From contig NZ_RAWQ01000078.1 in NCBI RefSeq assembly GCF_003668965.1, positions 1 to 39,014 on the forward strand: a DNA stretch of 39,014 nucleotides, in the 5' to 3' direction. Every line of letters begins with the position of its first letter. The stretch's first letter is position 1. Source of the stretch: Corallococcus sp. AB030 (lineage in GTDB: Bacteria; Myxococcota; Myxococcia; Myxococcales; Myxococcaceae). The notes below the pieces were generated by a model that did not search any database, had not been told where the DNA came from, and saw nothing but the letters and a program-made list of their open reading frames with translations. Position numbers and translations under genes: made by a program. This document shows, piece by piece, positions 36,192 to 39,014 of this stretch.

Positions 36192-37160
36192 ATGGTCAAC
36201 GTGAGGCAGGTCGCGACGCGGCTGAAGAGTGCGTTCCTGGCGGACCCGGAGCGCTTCTATACGAACGAGACAGGAGCCTGGGTGGCGGGGATGCCGGCGC
36301 CGAGCGACATCCGGGTGACAACGGGCCGGGAGCCCTTCTGGATCAACCTGGGCTACTGGAAGCACGTGGAGAAGGTGGACGACTCCAACGTGGAGCGCGT
36401 GGGGGAGCTGTTCCGGTCCGCCCAGGCGGAGATGGCGCGCCTGTTGGCGAGGACGGCGAAGCTGGGGCCCGGGGATGCCGTCTTGGACTGCGGCTTCGGT
36501 TACGCGGACCAGGACCTGCTGTGGGCGGAGGAGTTCAAGCCCGCGAGCATCGTCGGGGTGAACATCACGCCGAACCAGGTGAAGGTGGGCCGGGAGCGCG
36601 TGAAGCTGACGGGGTTGGAGGACGTGGTCCGGCTGGAGGTGGGGAGCGCGACGGCGCTGCCTGGGCCGGAGGGAGCATTCGACGTGGTGTTCGCGCTGGA
36701 GTCCGCGATGCACTTCCGGATGCGGCAGGACTTCCTGCGCGAGGCCTTCCGGGTGCTGAAGCCGGGAGGCCGGCTGGTGATGGCGGACATGGCGCAGAAG
36801 ACGGACCGTGAGGCTGGAGCCGGACTCCGAGCACGGCTGCGCTACCGCTACTGGCGGGGGCTGATTGCCTTCCCGGAAGAGAACGTCTGGTCGACGGAGC
36901 GCTACCAGTCGGAGCTGCGGCGGGCGGGGTTCCAGGACGTGAAGGTGGAGTCCATCGCGGAGGATGTGTACCCGGCGGTGAACACGGCGCTGGTGGCGCT
37001 GCGGGGCATAACGCAGCTGGAGCGCAATCCGGGGAGCACGTCGCTGCACCAGGTGCGCGCGGACGTGCACAAGGCGATGCGGATGACACCGGAGCAGCTC
37101 CAGTGGCCCGCGCTGTTCAACTGCGACGAGTACGCCGTGGTGTCCGCGCGCAAGCCGTGA
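36192..37160 (+). CDS. Class I SAM-dependent methyltransferase
   Basis: Motif I VLDCGFGYADQ, acidic loop, LKPGGRLVMAD. SD AGGAGG 6 nt upstream of the ATG. Confidence 0.75.
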   Translation: MVNVRQVATRLKSAFLADPERFYTNETGAWVAGMPAPSDIRVTTGREPFWINLGYWKHVEKVDDSNVERVGELFRSAQAEMARLLARTAKLGPGDAVLDCGFGYADQDLLWAEEFKPASIVGVNITPNQVKVGRERVKLTGLEDVVRLEVGSATALPGPEGAFDVVFALESAMHFRMRQDFLREAFRVLKPGGRLVMADMAQKTDREAGAGLRARLRYRYWRGLIAFPEENVWSTERYQSELRRAGFQDVKVESIAEDVYPAVNTALVALRGITQLERNPGSTSLHQVRADVHKAMRMTPEQLQWPALFNCDEYAVVSARKP

Positions 37161-37202
37161 CCGTGGTTGACGGACTGGGGCGGAGCGGCGGTAATCGGAA
37201 GC

Positions 37203-37301
37203 GGTAGGGCCTCCGGACCTGGTGGCCGGCCCGGTCTTCAAAACCGGTGAGGGGCTGCGAGAGCAGTCCCTGGCGAGTTCGATTCCCGTGCCCTACCGCC
37301 A
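37203..37301 (+). tRNA. selC: tRNA-Sec (selenocysteine), anticodon UCA, CCA encoded
   Basis: 99 nt. 8-bp acceptor stem GGTAGGGC/GCCCTACC. Discriminator G then CCA. Anticodon arm CCGGT-CTTCAAA-ACCGG (U33, UCA, A37). Long variable arm with an 8-bp stem (GGGGCTGC-GAGA-GCAGTCCC). T-arm GCGAG-TTCGATT-CCCGT. This is the 8/5 architecture typical of bacterial tRNA-Sec. Confidence 0.8.
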
Positions 37302-37444
37302 ATACTTCCGAGGGGTTACGCCCCACCTGCCCTGTGGATACCGTACCCTGCTGCGTCCAGGCGCGTCCAGACCAGTCCACTCGACTGCGTTACCGCTGCG
37401 TTACTGCGCAGCAGGCAACGGCGAGGACTCAGCAACGGGCTCCC

Positions 37445-38359
37445 TTAGGGGAACATCACGTTGCCAAACACGACAGTACGCGACCCATCTTCCTCCCAGA
37501 GCTTGAGTGAGAAGGGCCCTCGGGTTGTTTCTGGTGAGGCCTCGGCTTCCACAACAACCCGACCGACGTTTCCTCCTGGAATTGGCATTCGCTGCCATAC
37601 GCGGATCACCTTCAACTCCACGCCAGCCTTGCCTTTGAGCGTTGCGCCCTTCGCGAGCCATGGCTGAGCCCCGGCCTTCACGTCCAACTTGATGTCCACC
37701 GCTACGCCCGTAGTGGAGCGATAGCTCGTGATGTAAGAGGCCGTCAGGTCACTCCCAGAGACTTGGGAGAACTCAAGGGTCACGACTTGCCCGGCCACAC
37801 CACGCTCGTCCATTCCTCCGGTGGAGATCAGGCCCGCCAGCCCTCCCGGAGCATCGTGCTCGGCCATCAGTCTTGCGTTCTCATTTTGGCAGCGCAGCAA
37901 TTCCGCATGCGCCTCGCGGGCTTCCTGCTGGTACGTCTCAATCGTCCGCTTTCCGCGATAGACCTCAATGAGAGACTCGGCCTTTGCCGGATGGATCCGC
38001 AAAAGGAAGAATGCACTCAAGGGGGCTGCGCCATCCCTGAATCGCACGACCAGACGAAACCGCTCGCCTGGAGCTACACGCGACGAAGGCACCAGTCGGA
38101 TTGTGGCTTGCCCCACATCCACCAGTGCAAAGCGATCTCGCCCCTCCAACTCGACACTGTCGCGCATCAGGTCGGAATCGAAGAAGAGAGCCGTCGAGAG
38201 TCCAGAGCTGATCGCGATCTCGGGGGTGACTTGAACATCGTCCGGCGACAATTCGATGCGTCGTGCGCCCGGCACCGACGCTGAACCCTCTGACTGAGCG
38301 ACGGCCGTTTCGGCCACGAACAGCAGGCCCAGGAGCACGACGAAAGAAGAAGATGACAC
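37445..38359 (-). CDS. Secreted hypothetical protein (signal peptide; central coiled-coil region), possibly a Myxococcales paralogous-family member
   Basis: Signal peptide MSSSSFVVLLGLLFVAETAVAQS. No recognisable catalytic motifs. Confidence 0.5.
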   Translation of the reverse strand: MSSSSFVVLLGLLFVAETAVAQSEGSASVPGARRIELSPDDVQVTPEIAISSGLSTALFFDSDLMRDSVELEGRDRFALVDVGQATIRLVPSSRVAPGERFRLVVRFRDGAAPLSAFFLLRIHPAKAESLIEVYRGKRTIETYQQEAREAHAELLRCQNENARLMAEHDAPGGLAGLISTGGMDERGVAGQVVTLEFSQVSGSDLTASYITSYRSTTGVAVDIKLDVKAGAQPWLAKGATLKGKAGVELKVIRVWQRMPIPGGNVGRVVVEAEASPETTRGPFSLKLWEEDGSRTVVFGNVMFP

Positions 38360-38385
38360 TCGGCGATTACTCCCAGGTGGTGCTG

Positions 38386-38856
38386 TTACTCAAACTCGCT
38401 CACCGCCCTCACGTATTCGCTCGTGAAGATACGGCCATTGGAAGGTGAGTCGTTTCCGGGCTCGCGTGCCATTCCTCGTTCCCCGTCTTTCACGTCGTAG
38501 ACCTCCAGGCAGACAGGAAAACTGTCGCCCTTTGGCGTAGTCGCCGAGGTGAGTCGCCCGTAAACGCGGTCTCGCACGATTAGCCGACCAGACAGAACTG
38601 TCCCGTGCGGCATTTCCTCCCAATCGCCGTACAAGAACACCTGGGCAGGGCCTTCCCGAACAGAAATGAATTGCGGGCGGTCACGGGTGAAAACGGCTTC
38701 GTGCCTGTCTCCAATGTCGATGCCCAGCTTCGCCATGGCCTTCACAGCACCCTTTGGGCACGGCTCCGGAGGAGGTGCCGGACGCACTTGCGGCCCTGGG
38801 CACGCGAGCGCCGTGCATGCCGCCGCCGTGCCGACAGCACGGGCCATGACGCTCAT
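38386..38856 (-). CDS. Hypothetical lipoprotein
   Basis: MSVMARAVGTAAACTALAC lipobox-like signal from the ATG at 38856. An alternative GTG at 38919 is preceded by AGGAGG. No known domains recognised. Confidence 0.45.
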   Translation of the reverse strand: MSVMARAVGTAAACTALACPGPQVRPAPPPEPCPKGAVKAMAKLGIDIGDRHEAVFTRDRPQFISVREGPAQVFLYGDWEEMPHGTVLSGRLIVRDRVYGRLTSATTPKGDSFPVCLEVYDVKDGERGMAREPGNDSPSNGRIFTSEYVRAVSEFE

Positions 38857-39014
38857 GCCCTTCTTCGCGGGCTTCGAGGGGAACTGAAGGGGCTGCGTCT
38901 CTTTCGGCTGCGTCGTCACGGTGGCTGAAACCTCCTGGAGCGTCGCGGGGAGAGCGACGGCCGCAGCGGTGGCCTCCGGCCCGGTGGGAGCTGCGGCGCG
39001 ATCAGCTTGAGGTG

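Overview
High-GC (~70%) chromosomal segment with strong Myxococcales hallmarks: a MYXO-CTERM sorting tail, a RomR-like polarity regulator, an orphan CIRCE-regulated groEL without groES, and an encapsulin-cargo ferritin-like protein. It resembles Myxococcus xanthus or a close relative. Most of the window is housekeeping or signalling genes: proC, nadC, valS, groEL, a long-form phenylalanine hydroxylase, and two-component/c-di-GMP proteins. Several items are unusual. (1) A clear bacterial homologue of the eukaryotic major vault protein, sitting upstream of a lipoprotein/MYXO-CTERM metalloprotease pair. (2) A ~98-bp MITE-like insertion with 9-bp target duplications that splits a tandem-duplicated secreted-protein gene; its precise excision restores one ORF. 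(3) A 99-nt tRNA-Sec(UCA) gene not suggested by the ORF track. (4) An aminopeptidase N gene interrupted by one in-frame TAG inside a conserved motif. (5) A valyl-tRNA synthetase with a ~280-aa C-terminal histone-H1-like KKA-repeat tail. (6) A signal-peptide-less LysM/C39-like peptidase with atypical Lys/Thr/Asn-rich composition. (7) An orphan encapsulin cargo (EncC-like) with a C-terminal LTVGSLRK targeting peptide. (8) Two copies of a ~65-bp repeat unit, each carrying a near-perfect 17–29-bp palindrome, upstream of proC. Many long ORFs in the six-frame track are antisense or alternate-frame GC artefacts and were rejected.
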